Source: Sphyrna mokarran
Taxonomy: Eukaryota
DNA length: 64,000 bases
NCBI GenBank assembly: GCA_024679065.1
Contig: JAGIQG010000006.1
Span: 110,236,001 to 110,300,000 of the forward strand
Reading direction: 5' to 3'
Shown: in pieces, positions 25,020 through 37,357 of the stretch
How the letters are laid out: each line of letters starts with the position of its first letter
Numbering within the stretch: position 1 is the first letter of the stretch
Program-made: the position numbers and the translations under genes
The notes under the pieces: generated by a model
The model's database searches: none
Seen by the model: the letters and a program-made list of their open reading frames with translations, nothing else
What the model was told of the DNA's origin: nothing

Positions 25020-25385
25020 TCTTGGTATAATGCAATAGAGGTGTTTTTATCCCTAAGCTATTAATCCAGGAACTCAGCTGATGTTCTGGGGACCAGGGTT
25101 CAAATCCCACCACAGCCGATGGTAGAATTTGAATTCAGTGAAAAAAATCTGGAATTAAGAATCTACTGATGACCACTGTTGATTGTCAGAAAAACCCATC
25201 TGGATCACTAATGTCCTTTAGGGAAGGAAATTGGCCACCTACATCTGGTCTGGGCTACATGGGACTCCAAACCCACGGCAATGTGGTTGACTCTCAACTG
25301 TCTTCTGACAAGAAGAGCAACTAGAAGTGGGCAATAAATGCTGGCCAGCCAGTGATGCCCATGTTCCACAAACTAATAAAATAAA
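25020..25385 (+). mobile_element. SacSINE1-like DeuSINE
   Basis: B-box gggttcaaatccc, central 'cactaatgtcctttagggaaggaaat', and a tail 'gggcaataaatgctggcc' shared with the L2/Crack-like LINE. Confidence 0.8.
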
Positions 25386-25394
25386 TTTGACCCA

Positions 25395-26072
25395 CTAGGA
25401 AGATTTTATCAAAACAAACTTTATTTAAAAACATAGTTAGAATATAACAAAAAGAATTAGCGTAACTTTTACCAATCATAATCTTTAAATAGGACAAAGT
25501 ATATTTCTTACAGCTATCAATCTCCATTGTTCCAATTTAAAGCAATATCCCCATAGACATACACCCTTCTTCAGAATTAGTTAGCACAAAAACAAGAACA
25601 CTCATGTAGAGCTAGATTTGCAACCTTTTAACACTTCTGGACAGAGATCCAGACAGCAGTTTCTAGAGAAGGACATATCCTCAAACAACAGCTCTCAGGA
25701 AGAGAAACACTCTGATTCAGCAGAATCTCAGAGAAAGAAACTTATCTTCAGAGACAGGAAAAGAGATGCTGTACTCGCCCTGAACTCCGAGCAGCAGCCA
25801 AATAGCAACTAAGCTTGAATTCCCTTTGTAAGCCTAGCACCACCTAATCATGTGGCTCTACTTGTCAATCAACCTAATCAAGCCCTACACTGAAAAGCCC
25901 CAGAGGAAATCTCAAAAATAACTACACTGCATTAATCCAGACTAAAACAAACATTGTAGCAATTAAGGTCAATTATGCTGCTGCAGTAGCAATACAGGAC
26001 ACCAGTCACAGACAAAACAGCACTGAAGTCCTAGCAAGTCTCAGATCCCTAACGTCCTTAATGGTACCATGA
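25395..26072 (-). mobile_element. Probable LTR-retrotransposon solo LTR fragment
   Basis: LTR-like composition with a minus-strand AATAAA near 25420. No coding remnants. Recognised by resemblance only. Confidence 0.35.
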
Positions 26073-26368
26073 TTAGAACTGCTGCCTCACAGTTCCAGAA
26101 CCTGGCAGTGACCTAGCAGGCATCCAGGTTCTATTCTGGCCTAGCATGACTGTTTGTATAGAGTTTGCACATTCTCTCCCTCTGTCTGCCTGAGTTGTCT
26201 CTGGGTGCTCCAGTCTCCTCCCACAGTCCAGAGATGTATAGGTAAATGTGTGAGGGTATGGGGATGAGGTAGGGGACTGGGTCTGGGTAAGATGCATTTC
26301 AGGAAGCTGATTCAGATTTGAAGGGCTGAATGGTCCACTTCTGCACTGTAGATATCCCATGGTTCTAC
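26070..26368 (+). mobile_element. HE1 SINE (variant A, degenerate)
   Basis: 'ctgctgcctcacag', V-domain and tail 'gggctgaatggtccacttctgcactgtag'. Confidence 0.85.
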
Positions 26369-26384
26369 GGACAATAAAGACTGC

Positions 26385-26690
26385 AGGGTTGGATCATGGG
26401 GGCAAGGACAGCGAACATGGCTGATGAAATCAGTTTGGGAGCTCCTGCTGAGAGAAATTACAATGAGCCTTATGCTACGAACTGGAGTTTGACAAAGCAC
26501 ATCACTGGAAACTGAAAATGAGGCTTTAATGCCTTGACAGATCAGCACTGGAATACAGCCTCCAATAGGTGTCACACAGCACTGTGATTTGCCTTGTCCT
26601 ACAAAACCTGATAATACAAAGGGAGGGGCATTTGGACGATGAGAGATGGAAGAACAGCACATCTCCTCCAATGAGGACAAGATTGAAGGG
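26385..26690 (+). pseudogene. Harbinger DDE transposase C-terminal relic
   Basis: Reads WIMG..RTWLMK..AERNYNE..LKMR..CLDRSALEYS..VSHSTVICLVLQNLIIQR, matching the HARBI1-type C-terminus (WLLGD...YN...LKMRFRCLD...CCALHN). Confidence 0.7.
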
Positions 26691-27899
26691 GAAAAGAATG
26701 CTGAGGTCCGACAAGACAAGTATGAAGGTAAGTTTTTTTTTAACACTATCATTTTATTTGACAATTCTAACAGATAACAATACCAGCAAGACGGTCCAAA
26801 AAAGTTTCTAGAAATCAGATGGGCATGGCTTGAGGACACTGGCTCACACCTTCCTTTCCTCAGGTCCATCTTTCCCAAACTGCCATCCACATCGCCAGGA
26901 AGCAAGTCAATGTCCCTCCACCAGACTCACGATGCCTAGCTGCGTGGCATTTCACCCACCCTCAAATGCCAACTTTTACCTTTAATGCTGCTTTCTTCTG
27001 AAGGAACAGCCTTCTGTTGACCTGGCTTTTCCTCTGGTGGGCATGTAAAGCACAATGGAACATCTGACACACAGCACAACGGTCTGTGCATGGCCGAACA
27101 CTGTTGTGATTTTGTAGCAATCGGGACATTAGACATCCATGAAGTAGGAATTGAGAACTGGCATCAGGTGTTTATCCTTGTGTTTCCTCTTCTTCTCCTC
27201 AGGAGATGGATGCAACAAATCTTTTGACAGAAGCATCTTTAGCGTTGGCTCACTACCACGGAAAAAGATGTTAGGCCAAATGAGGCAAGGGTGTTCATGA
27301 GAATCTCATCATCACAAGAATGATGACAGGATGTGCTGAAGAGAATCCTGAAATCTTCACATTGTACCTGAGATGTCTGACATATGTCTGGCTAACAGCA
27401 ACACACAAATGCTCTTCTCACAGTATAGAGATGCTGTTGAGATACAACAGGCACATGAATAACCTTCAGCATCGATTCCCTTCAGCACCAAATCTTCATC
27501 TGTCTGGAATGCTGACAAGATGATGGGCAACCTCACTGCTAAGATGCTAAGAGGATACAGAGAGCATCACCAAACCTGGTGACACTTGGGTACAAGATTC
27601 TTGCAGAAAACACAAGCCAGATGCAGACTCCACTGATCTGGAGAGTGGCTTTGAAGCTAAACAGTGACTGTGCTCAGGTTACATACAGCACAGAGGAGAG
27701 ACCCTAGACCGCAACACTAGCCCTCATTTTGTACAGGAACTAAGGTTTCATATCTGATTGGTCATAAGAAGGACCAAAGAATAAGAAGACATTCTTGGTT
27801 AAGTACCTACAATAGTCAACATTCCATACAAGTGATTAACATCTGTGCCCATGTTGTGCAACTACATCTCCTGACCTTTCTAACTCTGTAACTATGTCT

Positions 27900-29941
27900 G
27901 GACACATCTCCAATTTCCACAGTGGATGTAGAGGCAGTGTGCTGACTGATAAGCTCTGTTGCCTATGATGATCTTGGCTGAGATCTTCTGGAGGGCTGAG
28001 ACCTAGAGGAGCCTGGCCTTCTTTCAGGGTCCTGCTGAGTGGTAGTGCCATCCTCCTCAGTCTGTAGAACTAATGCTGCTGGGGTCACAAGAAGAGAGAG
28101 TTCAAAACAACTCCCTGAATAACCTGGGTGATTGGCCATGGGGTGTGGACTTGTTGATCCTCTTCCCGACGGTGACCCAGAGCTCCTTGCTGACTTCTTA
28201 AGAGGGAGGTGCAGCTGAAGTGAGCTCTTATGCCCTCTTCCTGTTTTGTGTTACTGATAGATGCCAGTAAGTGCTTCAGCAACAGAATGCAGCTCCTGCA
28301 GCAGTGCAGGACCAATGCCTCCACTGCGGGCCACCATCCTACCAATGTTGAGCCCAGCAAGTTGACATGCCAGCACTATCATCTCAGTCTGAAGATGGAC
28401 GGACTTCTCCATTTTGCCTTCCAATCTGAGGAGCGCAGCGCACTTTGCTTCCCAGTGTTCCAAGTTTGTTATTACAACTACAGCATGGTATTGATGTACG
28501 AGCGAGTCCAGAGGCTCGTGATCAGATCAGACTCAGCAGATTCCTGGCTTCCAGCAGGATGCTGGTACCCAAGGATGTCCCTGTCTCCCTCCACCTGCTG
28601 TGAATCAGACAGTGTGATGTGCTCACCAGAGTGTGACTCTACAACCAGGACCCACTGAGGTACGTCTCTGCGCTGGTGGAGGGTGTGGATGTGTGCTGTG
28701 ACCTCTTCTGTAGTGTTATTGGCTGGAGTTGAGGACCCCCTCAGCTGCTCCCTAGATGTGCCTGTGAAAGAAAGGATAGGTGATTAGTGCATGGAAGGTG
28801 TCTGTGAAACAGGAGATATCACTCACAGCATTATTGTTTGATGGATGCTGCAGTGCTGGATTCTCACTTGACTGAATGCTGCCAAAATTACTGTCATCGC
28901 AGGAATGGTTGACATCCTCGTTGGCCAGCTGAGTCACTCCATCTGCAAAATCTGTCAGGATCTTGAAGTTGGCTATTCCACCACCTGACTGGAACCTTTC
29001 CCTTATGCATCAGCTTGTCAATCATGATTTTACCGTTGCGTTATGCCCGTTCTTGGACGCAAAGACTTGGTAAAGTTGATTGTGAAGCGAACAGTGTGAT
29101 CCGGCCCAAATCCACTCCGATTCCTCCTTTTACCAAGGCCCAAAAATGGACGTGAAAAAAATCATAGAATCCCTACAGTGCAGAAGGAGGCCATTCAGCT
29201 CATTGAGCCTGCACCAGTAACAATCTCACCCAAACCCTATTCATGTAACCTGACATGCTAACCACTCCACCCCACCCCTGACACTAACGGGCAATTTAGC
29301 ATGGCCAATCCACCTAACCTACATATCTTTGGAGTACAGAAGGAAACCGGAACACCCAGGGGAAACCCATGCAGACACAGGGAGAATGTGCAAACTCCAC
29401 ACAGTGACCCAACGCTGGAATTGAACCTGGATTCCTGGTGCTTTGAGGCAGCAGTGCTAACTACCATGCCACTGTGCATGAAGGCAGATCGAGGGAGTGT
29501 AAGCAGGCTGAATAAGAAGGATACACGTCATGTGTGGGTAATGAATGGTGCTATGGAAGAGCTGAGGTCATGATCCACTGTGCAGATAAAAGTTTGTGTG
29601 GAAGAGCAAGTGGTGGTATGCCTTGAACTGGCAGTGAGTGAAACCCTCTTTGAATCTGTGAAGAGTGGGCGAGTTGAGAGTGCTGAGAAGAGTGACTAAC
29701 CTGGGTAAAATAGAGGACATCATTTATCCAGTTTCAGCACTGGGTGACTATCCTCTTTAGGAGTGTTGGCGCTGACCAACGCTGCCACCATTTTCCATAT
29801 TGGATTGGTGACCTTGCTTGCTGATCCTCCCTCAGGGCAAGAGGGAGAGACATTGTGGCAGGTCTTCACTGCACGTGATAGGCGCTGAAGGGAGGAGTTG
29901 CTAAATTTGTGGGCAGAGTGTTTCCTAACTTTGGCAGCCAT
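27900..29941 (-). pseudogene. Harbinger Myb/SANT-like DNA-binding gene relic (multi-exon)
   Basis: Exon 1 (29701-29941): MAAKVRKHSAHKFSNSSLQRL...VTNPIWKMVAALVSAN plus donor gttagt. Exon 2 (about 28868-29019): DKL...GGGIANFKILTDF plus donor gtgaga. Exon 3 acceptor tttcacag at about 28762. Confidence 0.75.
29156..29480 (-). mobile_element. HE1 SINE (variant A)
   Basis: Head, V-domain and tail 'ctgcactgtagggattctatga'. Confidence 0.9.
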
Positions 29942-30323
29942 CAGTTCTCAGCAGTCTTCTATCCTTTAGAGAGCTCTAGCTCTGTGGTGGGGCAGCCTGT
30001 AAATATGGCACCTAGATTACTGAAGTTATGATGTCAGCAATCCAACATGAAATCCATGGATTTTTAAAACAAAGCACCACATGCAAAATAGCAGAAAAAG
30101 CCACCATTGGCATTGGCAAGTCAAATGTTGCTTTCCCTTCCCTGGCCAAATTCCGACTGCCCTTTTCGGGGATGATTCCACTCACTCGGGCTGTTCCATA
30201 TTTTCACTTTTTGCTTTGGGAGTGTTCTTCATCTCGGCTGTTCTCTGACTTTTGCAACACCGCTGCCCTCTGGTGGATTGTCAGCTCTGGCTGCACCTCC
30301 CTGTTGCGTCACCCACACTCATT

Positions 30324-31534
30324 GGACATGATTTTACCGTTGCGTTATGCCCGTTCTTGGGCGCAAAAACTTGGTAAAGTTGATTGTGAAGCGAATAGCG
30401 TGATCCAGCCCAAATCCACTCCGATTCCTCCTTTTACCAAGGCCCAAAAATGGACGTGATCAGGACTGCACCTGAAATCAGCACAGCGTCAATTTAAATG
30501 AATTTACATGCATTTAAATTGGCCCTATGAGCCGGGCACCCAAAATTGCTGGCATTTCCCCCTTTACCATTGCGTTTGCCCGTCCAAATTTGGCACAAAA
30601 CAGACATGCTCGGCGAAAGTCTGTTTCAGGTGCTTCAGCTTCTGAAGGGACAAGTTCAGAACTTCCAGTGGTTCTCTGACTCAGGTCGATGGTGGGAAGA
30701 GGAGGGAGGCGGATCAGATTTATCTCTGTGGTGGGGGGGGGGTGTGGAAGGAGGGAGGCCAGATCAGTCTCTGGTAGGCGGGAGGAGAGGAGGAAGGAGG
30801 ATGGAGGCCAGATTGTTCTTTGGTGGGGGAAGGGGATGGGGGGTGGGGGGGTGGGGGGGGTGATGTAGATCAGATGTATCTCATGTAGTGGGGAGAAGGA
30901 GGAGAAGAGAGGCCTGATCGGTCTCTGGTGGGGGGAGGGGGAGGAGGAGGGCAGATGGATCTCTGCTGGGGTGCAAGGCCAGGTGTTCTCTGGTGGGGGC
31001 TGGGTGGGAGGTGGGGGGGTGGGGGTGGTGGGTCAGATGTATCTCTGTAGAAGGAGGAGGAGGCCTGATCGTTCTTTGGTGGGGGCAGGAGGAGGAGGAG
31101 GAGGAGGGCAGATGGGCCTCTGGTGGGGGGAATAGGAGAAGGGGGTAGGGGCAGAGGGAGTCCACTGGCACTCTGTGGGTGATCGATGAGGGGCAGTTGG
31201 ATGGGGGGGGAGTCACGATTGGTTTGGGTAGTGGGGGAAGGTGGATGGATAAGGGGAACAGTTATGCTGAGGAGGTGGAGCAATATCTGTGGGGACCATC
31301 GCTTCCAAGCTGCTTTATCCGGCCCAGGAGCGATGTGGCAGGGAAGCATTTTTCTATTTTTTTTTACTGTGCATACACAGTTGAACATTCTGATCAGAGC
31401 AGCAGCATTTCAGGGCATGAAAAGCCCCGCCCACAACATGAGTGTTTATGTGGGCACCAAAGAACAGGTTTACAAGTTGGATCTGAATCATACCCAGATT
31501 CATCATTTAAAATTAAAATTGTAAAATCAGGCCC
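30324..31534. mobile_element. Non-autonomous Harbinger-type element with G-rich repetitive core
   Basis: TIRs ggacatgattttac / gtaaaatcaggccc, with a 3-bp TSD ATT on both sides (30321-30323 and 31535-31537). Same family at 36107 and 55768. Confidence 0.85.
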
Positions 31535-31559
31535 ATTGAAAATTTTCCTGTTTCCCATT

Positions 31560-32010
31560 CAAATTTTCCACAAAGCTGCTGGCTAAACCAATCATTGGCT
31601 CCTTAGCCAGTATCTTTGACTTGGTAGTGAATATTCTCCTAACCTGTTCCATATTGCCTTGAATACTTCTGTCATGTGGAGGGCCAATTCTGGCTCTAGT
31701 TCTTTGTAGTGTTTCAACTGGGCAAGGCATTTCATTCCCTATCTGTTCATCTATTTGGGGAATCCTTTGGTCCATTTTTTAATTTGGAAAGTTTCTGTCA
31801 GTCATCTTTTGGCAAATTGCTTAACATTTTGCTTTCCTGTTTTAATAATTTGCCTTCCTTCAGGATCTTCAATGATGTGGGGCATTTTCCTCATTACCAA
31901 TTTCCCTGCCCTGGGTCTTCTTCTGTCCCTGTTTAAGTCTGGGATGTTCTATTTTAAATTTTATTGGTCCTATCTGGAGCTCCTTTAGCTTTCCAAGCCT
32001 GGCTTTATCC
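31560..32010 (-). mobile_element. Possible L1/Tx1-clade RT relic
   Basis: Weak motifs PVE/HYKELEPELALHMTEVF and KILAK..IGL resemble DGLPxEFYK...VF and KILAKxLANRL. Confidence 0.3.
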
Positions 32011-32049
32011 TTATTATAGTCAAGCTGATGACACTCAATGGTTATGGTT

Positions 32050-33330
32050 TCTTTTTCACCCTTTTGAGATTCTGTGGTACTGGTGAATTCAGGGGTAGGC
32101 TGAAATAGTTCATCCACTGAGCACTTCTGGGTAAAGATGGTGGCAAATGCTTCAGCCTCATCTTTTGATGTTCTGGGATCTCCCACCATTGAGGATGTGA
32201 GTATTTGTGGAGTTCTTCCTCCAGTTGGTTGCTTAATCATCCACCATGGGAGTGGGAAGTCTGCAGAGCTTAGATCTGATCTAATCGTTGTGGGATCACT
32301 TAGCCCTGTCAAAATCATGATGCTTCCGCTGTTTGGCATGCATGTAGTGTTGTCACTTCACCAGTTTGATACCTCATTCTTGATGCTGCTTCTGGCATAC
32401 CCTCCTGAACTCTTCACTGAACCAGGATTGATTCCCCAGCTTGTTGGTAAGGGTAGAGTAGAGGATATTCTGAACCATAATAATGATGGTCCACAGTACC
32501 TCATGGATGCCTAGTTTTAAATTGTGACATCTGTTCAAAATCTATTCCATTTATAACTATGATAGTGCCAACCAACATGATGAAGGGTATCCTCAATTTG
32601 AAGATGGATCTTTGTCTCTGTATGACCTGGCCAATTTTGTCATGGATAGGTGCATCAGCGGCAGGCAATTTGGTGACATTAAGGTTAAGTATTGTCTTTT
32701 TCCTCTTGTTGTTCCTCACCAGCCACCGCAGGGTCAGTCTGGCAGCTTTGTCCTTTAGGATCCAGCCAGCTCAGTCACTAGTGCTGCTACCAATCCACTC
32801 TTGATGATGGACAGTTAAGTCCCTCATCCAGAGTATATTCTGTGCCTTTGCCACACTCAGTGCTTCCTTTAAGTAGTGTTCAGCAAGGAGGAGTACTGAT
32901 TCATCAGCCAAGGGGTAATGAGTAGTGGTAGTCACTGGGAAATTTCCTTGCCGATGTTTGATCTGATGCCATGTGACACTGTAGGGTCTGGAGTGAATGT
33001 TGAGGGCTCTCAGGGCAACTCTATCCTGAGCGTACATCACTGTGCTGCCACTTGTACTGGGTCTGTTGGTGGGACAGGACATCCCAAGGATGGTGGTGTC
33101 TGGGACATTATCTTCAAGGTATGGTTCCGCTGATCATAGCAATTTCAGACTGTTGCTTGACTGGTCTGTAGATTAGTTCTCCCAGTTTTGGCACAAGCTC
33201 CTCCCCTCCCCAAGATGTCAATAAGAAGCATCTTACAGGGCCAGTAGAGTTTGATTTGCCATTGCCATTTTTAATTCTTAGATCAATGTTGGGTGGTCCA
33301 TCTGACTTCGTCCATTTTGTCTTCATTACA
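32050..33330 (-). mobile_element. L2/Crack-like LINE, endonuclease/linker part, degenerate
   Basis: ORF fragments VTWHQIKHRQGN...DESVLLLAEHYLKEALSVAKAQNILW...HHQEWIGS and KDEAEAFATIFTQKC. Confidence 0.8.
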
Positions 33331-33349
33331 GTTTGATGGAGAAAAATGA

Positions 33350-33620
33350 CTTGCTAGGCCATTTGCAAGTCAGCCACATTGTGATGGGACTGCCAGACCA
33401 GGTGAAAACAATACGTTTTCTTCCTTAATGGGTATTTATTTTTAATTTTTACAACAATGGTTTCAGGGTCATCATTACTGAAACTAGTTTTTAATTCCAG
33501 ATTTTTAAAAATTAATTTAAATTCCATCAGCTGCTGCCATAGAATTTGAATCGATTTTCCCATAGCATTCTGTTGAGATTCTGGATCATTAGTTCAGTGA
33601 ATTACCACCACACCACAGCA
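33350..33620 (-). mobile_element. SacSINE1-like DeuSINE fragment
   Basis: Reverse complement resembles 25020-25385. Confidence 0.65.
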
Positions 33621-33906
33621 TTGAATTAGTTGAGTCTGGAAGAGACCAAGTCATGTATCTGGGTTTCAATAGTGCAGGGCTATGAGGGACCGAGGCAGAA
33701 AATACCACAGTGGTAAAACAAGGTGATCATAATAATGGTTAGAATGTACTTTAAAACTTAGCTTAGGGCTGAATATGACAGAATGTGTGAACATGTGAAT
33801 AGTGGTTCAACTTGAAATAGTAACTGGACAGAAGTATGGAATCAGTGAGAAGGAAACAGAGTTTGTTGCAAGGACCAAAAATCATGCTTTATTTCCAAAC
33901 ATGGAG

Positions 33907-34274
33907 GGTGGCTTGTGGCACAGTGGTTAGCACTGCTGCCTCAGAGTGCCGGAAACTTGAGTTTAATTTTAGCCTTGGGTGACTGTATGGAGTTTGCACA
34001 CTCTCTTTGTACCTCTTTTGCATGGACACTCTCTTTGTATCTGAGTGAGTTTCCTCTGGGGTCTCTAATATCCCACAATCCAAAGATGTGCAGGTTGAGT
34101 TGATTGGCCATGTTAAATTGCCACTTAGTGTCCCAGGAGAGGTAAATTAGGGGGATTAGCCGGATAAATGCATTGGGGTTACAGACTTAGGATCTGTTAC
34201 GGATGCTATATTAGAGAATCAATGCAGACTCAATGGGCTGTATGGCTAACTTCCACACTTCACGGATTCTATGA
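33907..34274 (+). mobile_element. HE1 SINE (variant A) with a small internal duplication
   Basis: Head and tail present; 'cactctctttgta' occurs twice at about 33999-34039. Confidence 0.88.
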
Positions 34275-34319
34275 ATATACATCGAATAAGCAATCTGGCA
34301 GTAAAGAAAAATAGCAGAT

Positions 34320-34496
34320 TAGCTGTAAAGACTTGCATTTTAATCAGTATTCTGTAAACTATGTGTGCCTTTATCTGCCCTGTTTGTGATCAGAACTCTC
34401 TATTACCTAACGAAGGAACAACATTCCGAAAACTAGCGGCGTTTACTGCCAAATAAATCTGTTGGACTTTAACCTGCTGTTGTGAGACTTCTTACA
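34320..34496 (+). mobile_element. Penelope-like pseudo-LTR with decayed hammerhead
   Basis: 'cctaacgaaggaacaacattccgaaaactag...aaataaatctgttggactttaacctgctgttgtgagacttcttac'. Confidence 0.75.
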
Positions 34497-34615
34497 ATGA
34501 AGAAAAAAGATAGCAACTGTGGATAATATTTTTTTTCATTTACACTTCCTACACTGGACTAATCTTCTCTTTCTGGGATCATCTCCTTCTGCCTTGTTCC
34601 ACAGCTCTTTGGTAT

Positions 34616-35290
34616 GGGTGGAATTCTCCCCCAAAAATTCTAAGTGTTGAATTCGTGGGAAAACGGGAGTAATTCACTTTGGTTTTTTCAGTGGGAGATC
34701 ACACTAGAATCTTCAACATTCTGTGCAAGCAAAAGCCACCAGTGCAAATATCATTAAATTTCAGGGGTGGGGCCTATTCCCAGCCAACAGGCTAAAACCA
34801 GCCAGCCTCTGCACATGTACAGTGGCCCTATATTGACATCCTCCTGTTTACTGGCTAACTCAATCACTGGCTCGTCCGGGATCACTGCAATGCCAACCTC
34901 CAATCCCCCCATTACCTGATCACAGCCCCGTGACCATTCCTGGGCCAGCCTTGACACCCCCCTTCCTGGACCACCCCAATCTCCAGCCCCACTGCCCCGC
35001 AATGCCAATCCCCCCTCCCATCCCCCGCAACGTAGGCATTCTCACAGACAGACCTTTTCCCTCCCCGGAGGATTCACCTTCTCCCCAGCAGACACCACTC
35101 CTCTCCAGCCCACCCTGATCACTGGCCTCTCTCCTGCCTCCATCAATCCCAATGGAAGGAAGGAGCAGGATCATTCACCCCCACCACCAGGGGCCTTGGC
35201 ACCCCTCCCCCCCATATGCCTTGCCCCTTCTATACTGCTCCATGCCTCACCTGCAATGACAAGGTGCCCTGTGGGCATGGACACTTTGTC
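34616..35290. mobile_element. Harbinger-type element, left part
   Basis: TIR gggtggaattctccc and a subterminal region similar to 14059. Confidence 0.6.
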
Positions 35291-35904
35291 CATAATCTCT
35301 CCTCTTTTCATTCTATAACTTCCTTCTCTTTTGTTCTTCCACTGTCACTATAATCGCTTAAAGCATGCGTCCAGCCAAGACGGGAGGGAATATATATATA
35401 TATAAATTTCCTTCAGCCAGAATGATTTAAGCAATTAATCATTTTCTCTGTTTTTTTTCAAATGGACAATTGTAACAAGATATTCCAGCTGATCACATGC
35501 TGGTTCCTGGAAGTTTCTGAGCAATTTAAAAATGAACAAAGCTTAACACATCACACTTCCTGGAATGTAAAAATCCTTACATCACATAAACATCCAGCCA
35601 ATGGTTTCCCAAATCATTTTATTTTACCGCCTTTTACTGTGCAAGTTATTCACAGAGGATTGAAAAACTCCAAGAGAAAGGGTTGGGGAAAAAACACCAC
35701 CATTTATAAAGGGGGAAAATCAAAATTAAAATGAAAAAAAAACCTTTCTGTTTGCAGATGTGTTGTGAGATAAGAAAACAGGATTGTTTAAATTAATCCC
35801 TCTCTTGTCTGTTACAGAAAGTTCACCAATGCCTCTATTTTTTCAGGAAGCTAAATAAATTCTGCATATCCACTACGAATCTTACCAATTTTTACAGATG
35901 CACC

Positions 35905-36095
35905 ATAGAAAGCATCCTATCCAGATGTGTCACAGCTGCTGCTTATGGTTTCTGCTCTGACCGAGATCGCAAGCAACTTCAAAGGGTTGTGAATGTAATG
36001 CAGCCCATCACACAAACCAGCTTCCCATCCATTGACTCCATCTACACTTCCCACTGTCTCGGAAAAGCAACCAGCATAATCAAGAACCACACACA
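35905..36095 (+). mobile_element. Rex1/Babar fragment
   Basis: Homologous to the reverse complement of about 17360-17545. Confidence 0.75.
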
Positions 36096-36106
36096 ACCAA
36101 GATAAA

Positions 36107-36281
36107 GGGCCTGATTTTATCATCACGTTACACCCATTTTTGGGCTCAAAAACTTGGTAAAGTCGGGTGTGAGACAAATAGCGCAATCCGTGCCTGACTC
36201 TGTGCTGGTTCCCCCTTTATTAAGGTCTGAAAATGCCACGATTGGGACCATGCCTGAAATGGATACAACAGCCATTTAAAT
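36107..36281. mobile_element. Truncated copy of the 30324 Harbinger-type family
   Basis: gggcctgatttta...aaaaacttggtaaagtcgggtgtgag. Confidence 0.8.
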
Positions 36282-36369
36282 AATAAATCAAATCAAAACA
36301 TATGTCTAACATTTTCCAGTTTTGACAAAAGTTTGTCAGCCTGAAATACAACATTTCTCTTGCCACAAA

Positions 36370-37357
36370 TAGAACATAGAACATTATAGTGCAGTACCAG
36401 CCCTTTGGCCCTCAATGTGGTGCTATCCTGTGACACCAATCCAAAGCCCATCTAATCTACACTATTCCAATATCATCCATATGTTTATACAACGATCATT
36501 TAAATGCCCTTAATGTTGGCGAATCTACTACTGTTGCCAGCAACACATTCCACGCTCTTACAACTCTCTGAGTTAAGAACCTACCTCTGACATCTGTCCT
36601 GTATCTACCACCCCTCAATTTAAAACTATGTCCCCTCATGCTAGCCATCTCCATCCAAGGAAAAAGGTTCACCCTGTCCACCCTATCTAATCCTCTAATC
36701 ATCTTATATGCCTCTATTAAGTCACCTCTTAATCTTCTTCTGTCTAATGAAAACAGCCTCAAGTCCCTCAGCCTTTCCTCATAAGATCTTCCCACCATAT
36801 TAGGCAACGTTCTTGTAAATCTCCTCTGCACCCTTTCCAATGCTTCCACATCCTTCCAAAATGCGGCAACCAGAACTGTACACAATACTCCAAGCGTGGC
36901 CGCACCAGAGTTTTGAACAGCCGCAACATGACCTCATAGCTCCTAAATTCAATCCCTCTACCAATAAAAGCTAACACACCATACACCTTCTTATCATCCC
37001 TATCAGCTTGGGTGCCAACTTTCAGGGATCTATGCACATGGACACCAAGGTGTCTCTGTTCAACCACATTACCAAGTAACTTACCATTAGCCCAGTACTC
37101 TGTATTCCTCTTACTCCTTCCAAAGTGAATTACTTCACACTTTTCCACATTAAACTCCATTTGCCACCTCTCAGTCCAGCTCTGCAGCTTATCTATGTCC
37201 CTCCGTAACCTGCCACATCCTTCCACATTTTAGTGTCTCCATCGACTTTAGTGTCATCCGCAAATTTATTAATCCATCCTTCTATGCCCTCATCCAAGTC
37301 ATTTACAAAAATGACAAACAACAGTGGCTCCAAAACAGATCCTTGCACTACACCACA
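36370..37357 (-). mobile_element. CR1 LINE 3' part (RT C-terminus, few frameshifts)
   Basis: GVVQGSVLEPLLFVIFVNDLD...KFADDTK, WQMEFNVEKC and RPRLEYCVQFW; (TTCTATG)n tail. Confidence 0.95.

Noticed and set aside
26312-26905. 197-aa minus-strand ORF and an apparent exon donor gaag|gtaag at about 26727
   Set aside because: It is antisense to a Harbinger transposase relic and overlaps a SINE tail, with no recognisable protein.
30546-31586. Gly/Pro-rich ORFs and G-quadruplex-like runs (also 56271-56959)
   Set aside because: They come from the G-rich repetitive core of a dispersed Harbinger-type family.
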